From assembly GCA_020633415.1 (NCBI GenBank), contig JACKDQ010000002.1, forward strand, positions 256,976-320,975: a stretch of 64,000 nucleotides of DNA, given 5' to 3'. Position numbers and translations under genes: made by a program. Below the pieces are notes generated by a model, which saw only the letters and a program-made list of their open reading frames with translations, was not told the DNA's origin and searched no databases. This stretch comes from Deltaproteobacteria bacterium. GTDB taxonomy: Bacteria > Myxococcota_A > Polyangia > GCA-2747355. This document shows, piece by piece, positions 1-7,437 of this stretch (within the stretch, counting starts at the first letter, position 1; every line of letters begins with the position of its first letter).

Positions 1-1268
1 CGTGGTACGTGCCAGCTACAGCGTTCCGAAGTGGCCTGCCGCGCAGCACTGAGGTGCATCGAAAACGGAATGCTCGCCAGGGCTTGGGCAAACTCGGCGC
101 CATCGGTGTAGAGCGGGTTGGTTCCGAGCAGCAGCAGATCGCTAAACTGCTTGCGCCGCGCCGCCTCGACGAATGCTGCAGGTCCCTGCCACACCGGCCA
201 GTCTTGATCGGCGTAAAGGTGGATCGTTGAGCCCAGATTGCCGAGCAGCTGGTTGAGCAGCCAGCCCAACTCATGCACCCAAACCGGCTGACGTTCGCCG
301 ATCAATACCAACGACCGTCGTCGTCGTTCACGCAGTCGCCGGGCGACCGTCTCAACCCATCGCCCACGCCGCTCACGCCAGGGCGTTTGCTGCGCGAGGC
401 GACGCGCCCAATCCTGAAGCTCGGCCGGGGGATTTACCCCCCAGCGAAATAGTTGCCCGATCAACTGAGCCAAGAACGCACCGACTTCGGAGCGGGGCAA
501 CGCCAAGCGATTGTCCGCCGCATCGCCGGTGAGTGTCGGCACGGGCTCGACCACGTAAAGGCGATTGGCGCTGCGGCGGGTCGGATTGCCGCGACGGCGA
601 CTGTAAAACGCGCGCGCCGCGGAGACCGCTTCGCCCTCGCTGCCCAAGAAGTCGCAGTCCAGAGCAAGCAGTACATCCGCCGTGGCGATGCGCAGGTGCG
701 GCGTCAGCCCCGTGAGCCCCAGCCCTTGGCGGGCCAAGGCACTGTTGCGCGGCGCACAGCTATCGGCAAGGAAGAGCTCTGCCTTGGGTAGCGTTCGACG
801 GATCTGACCGAGGAGATCGCGATAGCTGGGCGACAAACTATACTCGAGCAACAAGGCCAGACCCGCGCCGCCACGCGCGCGCGCACGAGCAGCTAGCCGA
901 TCAAGCCGTTGGCGAACGATCTCAAGGGCGAAAGCCTTACCGCTCCGCTCGGTCGGCAGACGTGCACGTTGACTATCGTAAAGCGCAAAGGTCTGCGCCT
1001 GGGTCCAGGCATCGACGCCACCTTTGCTCAACGGGTGCTTGGCGTTGCCTTCGATCTTGATCGGACGCCCGTCGGTCGTCTCAACGATCAACCCCATCAC
1101 ATCCGCGCCACGTTGCGCACTGGTGGCGTAATATAGCGGCTCACCCGGCGCGGCGTCGTTGGCAGTTGGAGCAGTCGGCAACGCATGCTCGACCGGCCGC
1201 CGCGTGCAGCCGGCCAAAGCGAGCGCGCCGCCAACGCTACCGAGAAACGTGCGTCGGTCGAGCGTCAT
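1..1268 (-). CDS. ActB-like molybdopterin-oxidoreductase-family protein with twin-arginine signal (N-terminal part; 3' end lies beyond the window start)
   Basis: Not in the ORF track because no stop lies inside the window. My manual reverse-strand translation from the ATG at 1268..1266 stays open to base 1; I checked this frame for TTA/CTA/TCA triplets on the + strand and found none. It begins MTLDRRTFLGSVGGALALAGC (RRTFL Tat motif). It continues YYATSAQRGADVMGLIVETTDGRPIKIEGNAKHPLSKGGVDAWTQAQTFALYDSQR, which I recognise as the ActB / Tat-variant MopB pattern of alternative-complex-III-type oxidoreductases. It lies directly downstream of the SCO-like and heme O synthase genes. Confidence 0.6.
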   Translation of the reverse strand, partial: MTLDRRTFLGSVGGALALAGCTRRPVEHALPTAPTANDAAPGEPLYYATSAQRGADVMGLIVETTDGRPIKIEGNAKHPLSKGGVDAWTQAQTFALYDSQRARLPTERSGKAFALEIVRQRLDRLAARARARGGAGLALLLEYSLSPSYRDLLGQIRRTLPKAELFLADSCAPRNSALARQGLGLTGLTPHLRIATADVLLALDCDFLGSEGEAVSAARAFYSRRRGNPTRRSANRLYVVEPVPTLTGDAADNRLALPRSEVGAFLAQLIGQLFRWGVNPPAELQDWARRLAQQTPWRERRGRWVETVARRLRERRRRSLVLIGERQPVWVHELGWLLNQLLGNLGSTIHLYADQDWPVWQGPAAFVEAARRKQFSDLLLLGTNPLYTDGAEFAQALASIPFSMHLSAARQATSERCSWHVP

Positions 1269-1325
1269 CGGCGCGGGGCGCTGGGCATCCTGTTCGGGCA
1301 ACCGATCCACCAGGCTAACTTTGAC

Positions 1326-2045
1326 TTATTTTCTTGCCGCCAACATCACATGAATCGAGCGGTGCAAAACCTCATCTGGCCCTAGCCCGCTCGTCGGATA
1401 AATACCGCGCAAACCGAGCTGAGGATCGATCAGCGCCAAAGCGCCACCGAGATCATGAAGCTGTTGCGGCGCCACGCCCGCATCATGCGCAGCGCCGGCT
1501 ACGAGTAAGTGGGGTAACAACGCCCGATCGGCCCACTTTTTTAGCTGCGCTGGCTCAGCGGCCCAGATCTGCCAGCGATCCTTGGCGACCGTCACCGGCC
1601 AAACAGCCTTTTCGGTGGCCGATGGCCTGGCTTTTGCGCGTTGGGCAAATACGCGTGCGGCCTCGCTGGTGCCTGCCACAATGGTTACCAGCCCGATGTC
1701 GACGTTCATCTTGTCGTATTCGCGCCAAAGGCGCCGCATCGCGCTCAGGCTGCGCTGACAATTTGCGCAATCATCGAAAGTGATCTGCATAACGGTGGGC
1801 CGGCCCCTCAGGCTGTACAACGCAACCGGCCGGCCACTTGGCTGGTGAAAGGTGCGGTCGGCAAGCTGTGCCAGTACCGCCGGAGGATCGGGAATGCGGC
1901 GCAGGAATGGCTTTAGCAGCGGAATGGTCAGCACACCCGCGACGGCTGCCCATACGTATGGGTTCTTCTTCCAGCCCTTACCGACAAACAGCGGCGGGCG
2001 CCCGGCGCCTGGGGAATCCCCGGGGGTCTCGGAGGGCGACGACAT
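1326..2045 (-). CDS. SCO1/SenC-like thioredoxin-fold membrane-anchored protein
   Basis: The ORF track gives 1326..2177. I prefer the internal ATG at 2045 (MSSPSETPG...) because the longer form overlaps ctaB by about 110 nt. It has one TM (YVWAAVAGVLTIPLL). It then has VMQITFDDCANCQRSL, with CxxC where SCO proteins carry CxxxC, and LALIDPQLGLRGIY near the C-terminus. Both are SCO-like by eye. Confidence 0.5.
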   Translation of the reverse strand: MSSPSETPGDSPGAGRPPLFVGKGWKKNPYVWAAVAGVLTIPLLKPFLRRIPDPPAVLAQLADRTFHQPSGRPVALYSLRGRPTVMQITFDDCANCQRSLSAMRRLWREYDKMNVDIGLVTIVAGTSEAARVFAQRAKARPSATEKAVWPVTVAKDRWQIWAAEPAQLKKWADRALLPHLLVAGAAHDAGVAPQQLHDLGGALALIDPQLGLRGIYPTSGLGPDEVLHRSIHVMLAARK

Positions 2046-2067
2046 CAACGATGCCCTGGACGACCTT

Positions 2068-2985
2068 TCACAGCACGACCACGTCGATGACCAAACCAGC
2101 CAGTAGCACAGGAAGGTAAAGCAGCGTGCCGAAGAAGAAGCGACGGGCTGCCGCTTGCAGCGCATCGCCGCTGGCACGGGACAATCGCAGCGCCAGACGC
2201 ACCAGCAAACCGCCGGCGAGCAACGCCGCGGCGAGATAAATCCATGACGCTAGCCCCATCGGCACGATCAGCAAGCTGACCACCACCAATAGCAGCGAGC
2301 TGAGTGCGATCAAATGGGTTGTCGCGCGATCGCCAAACACCGATGGCACGATCACCAAGCCCCCGGCCTGATAGTCGCGCCGATATACCAATTCGATCGC
2401 GAGAAAGTGCGGGATCTGCCAGAACGCCAACACCGAGAACAGCAGAATCGCCGACAGGTCGATCGAACCACTCACCGCGACCCAACCGATCAACGGCGGA
2501 GCGGCCCCCGGGAACAAACCGACGAACACCGACATCACGCTCTTGCGCTTGAGCGGCGTGTAGACCAGCACGTAACCGTCGAGGGCCAGACCGGTGATCA
2601 CGGCGGCCAGCGGACTAACGACCCACAGCGCGAGCAAGCTAACGGCGGCCAACACCAACCCATAGGCTAGGGCGACCAGCGGATTGACGCGCCCTTGGGG
2701 CAGCGGGCGGTTGGCCGTACGAGCCATCTTGGCGTCGACGTCGCGCTCCAAGTACATGTTGAGCGAGCTCGCCGCTGCAACCGCGCCCGCCGTACCGATC
2801 AGTACCAGCGCAGCTTGCCAAAGCGCCAACGAGCCCGGCGCCAACGCCATTCCGCCCGCCGTGGTGATCAAGCACATCGCGACGATGCCCGGCTTACTGA
2901 GCAGCCACAGCTCGCGCAACATCGGCAACAGCCGCGTCGCAGTCGCAGAGACTAGAGGGAACTGCGCAGAGGTTGTCGGCATCAA
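2068..2985 (-). CDS. ctaB: Protoheme IX farnesyltransferase (heme O synthase)
   Basis: 305-aa polytopic protein with the UbiA-family signature NMYLERDVDAKMARTANRPLPQGRV. Length and overall sequence are typical of CtaB/CyoE. Confidence 0.9.
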   Translation of the reverse strand: MMPTTSAQFPLVSATATRLLPMLRELWLLSKPGIVAMCLITTAGGMALAPGSLALWQAALVLIGTAGAVAAASSLNMYLERDVDAKMARTANRPLPQGRVNPLVALAYGLVLAAVSLLALWVVSPLAAVITGLALDGYVLVYTPLKRKSVMSVFVGLFPGAAPPLIGWVAVSGSIDLSAILLFSVLAFWQIPHFLAIELVYRRDYQAGGLVIVPSVFGDRATTHLIALSSLLLVVVSLLIVPMGLASWIYLAAALLAGGLLVRLALRLSRASGDALQAAARRFFFGTLLYLPVLLAGLVIDVVVL

Positions 2986-3488
2986 TTCGCTCCCAACGGT
3001 GTCGCTAACTTTGCCTGACGATAGCGACAGAACCCATCAATCGTGCGGTAGGCCGAAGCGCAGACCTTCTTCGCCAATCCCTGCCGAGCGCCGCGTTGGG
3101 TGCAGCGACGGAAGCTCTGGTGTGTTTCGAATCCGCTCCGCCCTGAGCAGTAGCGGCGACGCTCGCGACCTTGTAGACAGGCACCGACCAGCCGCGGGGC
3201 CGAGCTCAAACAGATGCTCTCCAGCGCCCGACAGCGACGGCTCCAGTCGATGACCGCACCGACGCAGCCTTCTGCGGACAAGGCCTTACCGCGATCGGCG
3301 AACTCGCGCAAGCTCAGCAGGATATGTTGCTCGGACTGGCGATAGCGGCCGAACAACCAAACACCGAGCAGCACGGCCAAAAGCAGCGTCGTGCCGATGA
3401 TCCAGCCCACCGCCTTGCCAGAACGATCGCTGCGCGATTGCGCTAGTTTAGCCTCCGACGCCATCGCCGGGCCTTTTAGCGGATTCAA
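2982..3488 (-). CDS. Hypothetical single-pass membrane protein, Cys-rich ectodomain
   Basis: 168-aa ORF with a TM (WIIGTTLLLAVLLGVWLF) followed by a domain with 8 Cys. Its stop overlaps the ctaB start in ATGA (2982..2985), suggesting translational coupling. Confidence 0.45.
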   Translation of the reverse strand: MNPLKGPAMASEAKLAQSRSDRSGKAVGWIIGTTLLLAVLLGVWLFGRYRQSEQHILLSLREFADRGKALSAEGCVGAVIDWSRRCRALESICLSSAPRLVGACLQGRERRRYCSGRSGFETHQSFRRCTQRGARQGLAKKVCASAYRTIDGFCRYRQAKLATPLGAN

Positions 3489-3568
3489 CCGCCAAGTCCC
3501 AGATCAAGCTCGCAACCACCTGGAATATATGGACTAAAAAACAAGGCGCTGCCGAAAACCATCCTGCG

Positions 3569-5194
3569 CTAGCGCATGTACGGATAACGGTGGTCGGTCG
3601 GTGGCACAAACGTCTCTTTGATCGTCCGCGGCGAAATCCAACGCAACAGATTGAGCACGCTACCTGCCTTGTCGTTGGTCCCCGAGGCCCGCGCCCCACC
3701 GAACGGCTGTTGGCCAACTACCGCGCCGGTCGGCTTGTCGTTGATATAGAAATTGCCTGCCGCCTGGCGCAGCTTGGCCGAGGCCTTTTCCACGGCCTGG
3801 CGATCGTTCGCGAAGATCGCCCCGGTCAGCGCGTAGGGTGACGTCTGATCGCAAAGCTCGAGCACCTGATCGAATTGACGGTCTTGGTAGACGTAGAGGG
3901 TGACCACCGGACCGAAGATCTCCTCGCGCAGCAAGCGGAAATCTGGCGTGCGCGCCACGACGACGGTCGGCTCAATGAAGAAGCCGCGCTCCCCATCACA
4001 GCGCCCGCCGATCAGCACTTCGGCGTCGGCGCTTTTTTGGGCATAGCTGATGTACTCTGAAATGCTCTCAAATGCCGAGCGATCGATCACCGCAGCAACG
4101 AAGTTCTGAAAGTCCGTCGGTGCACCCATCTTCAAACTGCGCGTGGCCTCTACCAAGCGATCAACCACGACACCGTAAAGCGACTGCGGCAAGTAGACAC
4201 GCGACGCCGCCGAACACTTCTGGCCCTGATACTCGAAGCCACCACGAACGATCGCGGTCACCAGCGACTCAGCATCCGCCGACGGGTGGGCCACGATGAA
4301 ATCTTTGCCGCCGGTTTCTCCTACGATCCGCGGATAGCAGCGATAGCGCTCGATCTGCCCACCGACGGTTCGCCACATTTGCTGGAAGACACCCGTGCTA
4401 CCGGTGAAATGGATCCCGGCGAGACGACGATCCTGCAGCACCGGGTTGCCCACCGCACCACCCCGGCCGCATACCAAATTGATTACGCCCGGAGGAAGCC
4501 CCGCTTCGCAGAGCAACTGATAGAGAAAGTGCGCCGAGTAAACCGCCGTAGAGGCCGGCTTCCAAACGATCGTGTTGCCAAGCATCGCGGGCGCCGTGCA
4601 AAGATTGCCGGCGATCGCCGTGAAGTTAAACGGCGAAACGGCGAAAACGAAGCCTTCGAGTGGACGGTGGTCGAGCTGATTCCAGCAGCCCGCCGACGAC
4701 TGCGGCTGCTGGCGATATAGCTCGTTGGCGAAGCTCACGTTAAACCGCAAAAAGTCGATCAACTCACAAGCGGCATCGATCTCGGCCTGGTGTACGGTCT
4801 TGCTCTGGCCAAGCATCGTCGCCGCATTGATTAGCGGTCGATACTTGGTCGCCAGCAGTTCAGCCGCGCGCAAAAAGATCGCGGCTCGCGCCTCCCAAGG
4901 CATCGCAGCCCAGGCCGGGGCAGCCGCGATCGCTGCGTCGATCGCAGCCTGGGTCTGTTGCTCGCCTGCTTGGTGATAGCGCGCGAGCAGATGGGTATGG
5001 TCATGAGGACAAACGCAGTCGGCGAGGTTACCGGTGGTAACAGCCTTGCCGCCGATCTGCAGCGGAATTTCGATCTGTTCACCCAACATCTTTTGCAGCT
5101 GCTGCTGCAAGACATTTCGCTCGATCGAGTCAGGCGCGTACTCCAGCACCGGCTCGTTGATCGGCGTTGGCGGAGTCAATATACCGTTTAGCAT
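3569..5194 (-). CDS. pruA: L-glutamate gamma-semialdehyde (1-pyrroline-5-carboxylate) dehydrogenase
   Basis: 541-aa ALDH-superfamily protein with FTGSTGVF, ETGGKDF (catalytic Glu region), EYQGQKCSAASR (catalytic Cys) and EIFGPV. The roughly 540-aa length is typical of stand-alone P5CDH. Confidence 0.88.
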   Translation of the reverse strand: MLNGILTPPTPINEPVLEYAPDSIERNVLQQQLQKMLGEQIEIPLQIGGKAVTTGNLADCVCPHDHTHLLARYHQAGEQQTQAAIDAAIAAAPAWAAMPWEARAAIFLRAAELLATKYRPLINAATMLGQSKTVHQAEIDAACELIDFLRFNVSFANELYRQQPQSSAGCWNQLDHRPLEGFVFAVSPFNFTAIAGNLCTAPAMLGNTIVWKPASTAVYSAHFLYQLLCEAGLPPGVINLVCGRGGAVGNPVLQDRRLAGIHFTGSTGVFQQMWRTVGGQIERYRCYPRIVGETGGKDFIVAHPSADAESLVTAIVRGGFEYQGQKCSAASRVYLPQSLYGVVVDRLVEATRSLKMGAPTDFQNFVAAVIDRSAFESISEYISYAQKSADAEVLIGGRCDGERGFFIEPTVVVARTPDFRLLREEIFGPVVTLYVYQDRQFDQVLELCDQTSPYALTGAIFANDRQAVEKASAKLRQAAGNFYINDKPTGAVVGQQPFGGARASGTNDKAGSVLNLLRWISPRTIKETFVPPTDHRYPYMR

Positions 5195-5227
5195 CGAAGA
5201 TCCTCCCGCGCTGAGCGCATCGCCACC

Positions 5228-6406
5228 CTAGGTCTTAAGACGCGTCACCATGCGCTTGAACCAATTGCCGCCACCATAAACCTCCTGCACGATGCGCAGG
5301 ATTTCCTCACCATCGAGAGCGCTGCCAGTGCGACGCGGCGAACCACCAATGTCGGTCGAGCCGCCCCAGCAGTTCTCGTCGGACTCGCTGGCCTTATCGT
5401 CGCGGTCGTTGAGCACAGGGTAAAGGTCGGCCAAGCTGCGTGCCAAAAACGAATCGGTCTGACGCACGGTAAACCGGCCGTCACCTTGATCGAGCACGAC
5501 CAAGCCGACCTTTTCGTGCTGCTGCTTGAGCTGCGCTTCCACCGCGTAGATCCCCTGATGGGAGCGGCAGAGAAAGGCCCAGGCCTTGCGCTTTTCGAGG
5601 GGCACTCGCGCGACCTCGACGACATCGACCAACCGATCGAGGTATCCCGCTGGGTACAACGTGCGATCGAGTTCCTCGAGCAGCTTGCGCGTGTAGTCGA
5701 TCACATTCACGCCGGTCCAGGCGCCCCGCTCTTTCAGCTGACGCTCAAGGGCGAGCAGCGCATCGATCCGCTCGCGCTCGCGCTTGTAGATCTCGGGCGA
5801 CACGCCACAAGTGATCGCCGAGAGCTCGAGGCCGTGGGCATCGATCGCCCCTTCGACGCGAATGAACGGCATGACAGCGAGCAGCAGCTCGTTGCCGTTA
5901 CGCTTGAGCTCACCGTGGTTAAGCAAGATCCACGCCGCGAGGACAGCGTCGAGATCGGGCTCGTTGACGTAGAGGCTCCATTCGCCCTCGGACAACGGCA
6001 GCCCCTTGGTGACGATCACCGCAGCCTGTTCGCAGGTCGCCAAGGTAAACGCACGTACGCAACCCTGATGATGATCGAGCGAGTACTGGCGCGATTCGTT
6101 GTCGAACAGCGGGCCACCTGCATAGACACCATCGAGGAACATCGTCTGCTTGCCGTAGCGCTTGCGCGTGTCATCGTTGACCGACAGACCACGCTCGACG
6201 CGCAGCTGTATGTTGGGCGTCCCCGAGCAAATCAAACAGTCGTGGCCACCTCGCTCGACGGTCCCGTAGCGCGAGCGCACGCGTTGGGCGGCACCATCTT
6301 CGGCGCTTTCACCAGCTTCGGCTGGCTGTGATGTTTCTTGGCCGTCCAAGCAAACAGCTCCACTCAGCTCACTCATCGAAAATGGGCTCGAGCATCCTTT
6401 TTTCAA
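5228..6406 (-). CDS. Conserved hypothetical protein
   Basis: 392-aa ORF (TTG at 6406; alternative ATG at 6376, MSELSG...). The long open frame has the codon style of neighbouring genes. I see only weak motifs (LDHHQGC, NEPDLDAVLAAWIL) that vaguely recall DHH-family phosphoesterases but occur in the wrong order, so I make no confident family assignment. Confidence 0.55.
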   Translation of the reverse strand: MKKGCSSPFSMSELSGAVCLDGQETSQPAEAGESAEDGAAQRVRSRYGTVERGGHDCLICSGTPNIQLRVERGLSVNDDTRKRYGKQTMFLDGVYAGGPLFDNESRQYSLDHHQGCVRAFTLATCEQAAVIVTKGLPLSEGEWSLYVNEPDLDAVLAAWILLNHGELKRNGNELLLAVMPFIRVEGAIDAHGLELSAITCGVSPEIYKRERERIDALLALERQLKERGAWTGVNVIDYTRKLLEELDRTLYPAGYLDRLVDVVEVARVPLEKRKAWAFLCRSHQGIYAVEAQLKQQHEKVGLVVLDQGDGRFTVRQTDSFLARSLADLYPVLNDRDDKASESDENCWGGSTDIGGSPRRTGSALDGEEILRIVQEVYGGGNWFKRMVTRLKT

Positions 6407-6674
6407 CCGCGGCGACGACTCTTTAATGCGGGCATCGCCGACTGCCTCCTGGCTCCTACACGCCCAAGGCGACGGCGGTCAAGCTTAGGCAGCCCCAAAC
6501 AGCAGCGCGAGGTTAACACAGCGCAGGATTGGGACCATAGTCCTGCGAAAACACGCGACAACCCGTTTACGCCAACGCTCAGCGCGCCAGCGGGTCAAAT
6601 ATCAGTCAACGACGACGGCACCATTGCCAGCTGCCCCACTTCGGCTTTAGGATTCAGACTCTTTCTGAGAACCG

Positions 6675-7289
6675 ATGAGCGACCCGAGCCAAGAAGACGC
6701 GCGCACGCCGCGACGCGAACCATCACTGTCGACGCGGTCGCGGCTGACCTCGATCGCTGCGCTGTTGATCGTTGCCGGCGGAGGCGCCGCGCTGCTGCTT
6801 TCGCAGAGCAACCAGCCCCACGAATTTCCCCAGGTCGAGATCGTCGGCCCGGACAGCGATGACGAGCACGGCAAGAGCAATTGCGGCGAGGGGTGCTCGC
6901 TTGCGCACCATCCCGTTGCCCCATTTTTCGACCAGGACATCCGCGACGCATTCAAAGACTACGCTCAGGAGCCGATGACCGGCGGCCCTGCCCTTGAGCG
7001 TCTACTGTTTTATGGGACGAAGGTCCGGCACTATCTCGCCGCAAACGGCGCCGGTGCACTACCTCCCGCGCATCGTCGATTCCTCGAGCGTCAGCTTGCA
7101 TTCAGGCAGGTGGTGATCAGCTTCAGAGTTATCGATGACGCCGGCCACGTGCGCGCAGCGACCGGGCAGCGTCACGTGCCATTTGGCGAGAAGCAGCACC
7201 TCGCGACCGAAACACAGCACCATCAGCACATCTCGTTCAACGGCACGGTGATGCGCGTTGGCCTCTATCACATCTGGGCGCGATTCTGA
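6675..7289 (+). CDS. Hypothetical membrane-anchored protein
   Basis: 204-aa ORF with an ATG start and one TM (SIAALLIVAGGGAALLL). It is co-directional with the following gene, 148 nt upstream of it. No recognisable domain. Confidence 0.45.
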   Translation: MSDPSQEDARTPRREPSLSTRSRLTSIAALLIVAGGGAALLLSQSNQPHEFPQVEIVGPDSDDEHGKSNCGEGCSLAHHPVAPFFDQDIRDAFKDYAQEPMTGGPALERLLFYGTKVRHYLAANGAGALPPAHRRFLERQLAFRQVVISFRVIDDAGHVRAATGQRHVPFGEKQHLATETQHHQHISFNGTVMRVGLYHIWARF

Positions 7290-7437
7290 GTGGAGGGCGA
7301 GCACTTCGTCGCCGGACCGTGGTTCACGGTCGCCTCCAGTAGCAACGTTTGGCACACACTAGATCGCATCTGGCTCAGCGACGCGGGGAGGAACACCTCG
7401 GTGCGCATACAAATCCGGATGACCTTGGAGGACCCTG

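Noticed and set aside
1326-2177. N-terminal extensions proposed by the ORF track for several genes (1326..2177, 11945..12778, 16929..19883, 27014.., 28114.., 34050.., 44771.., 45780.., 57829..58725, 20851..21525).
   Set aside because: The extensions overlap the upstream gene or a divergent gene and encode Arg/Cys-rich low-complexity sequence. Internal starts give signal peptides, SD sequences or classic ATGA/TAATG coupling. Start choices remain predictions.
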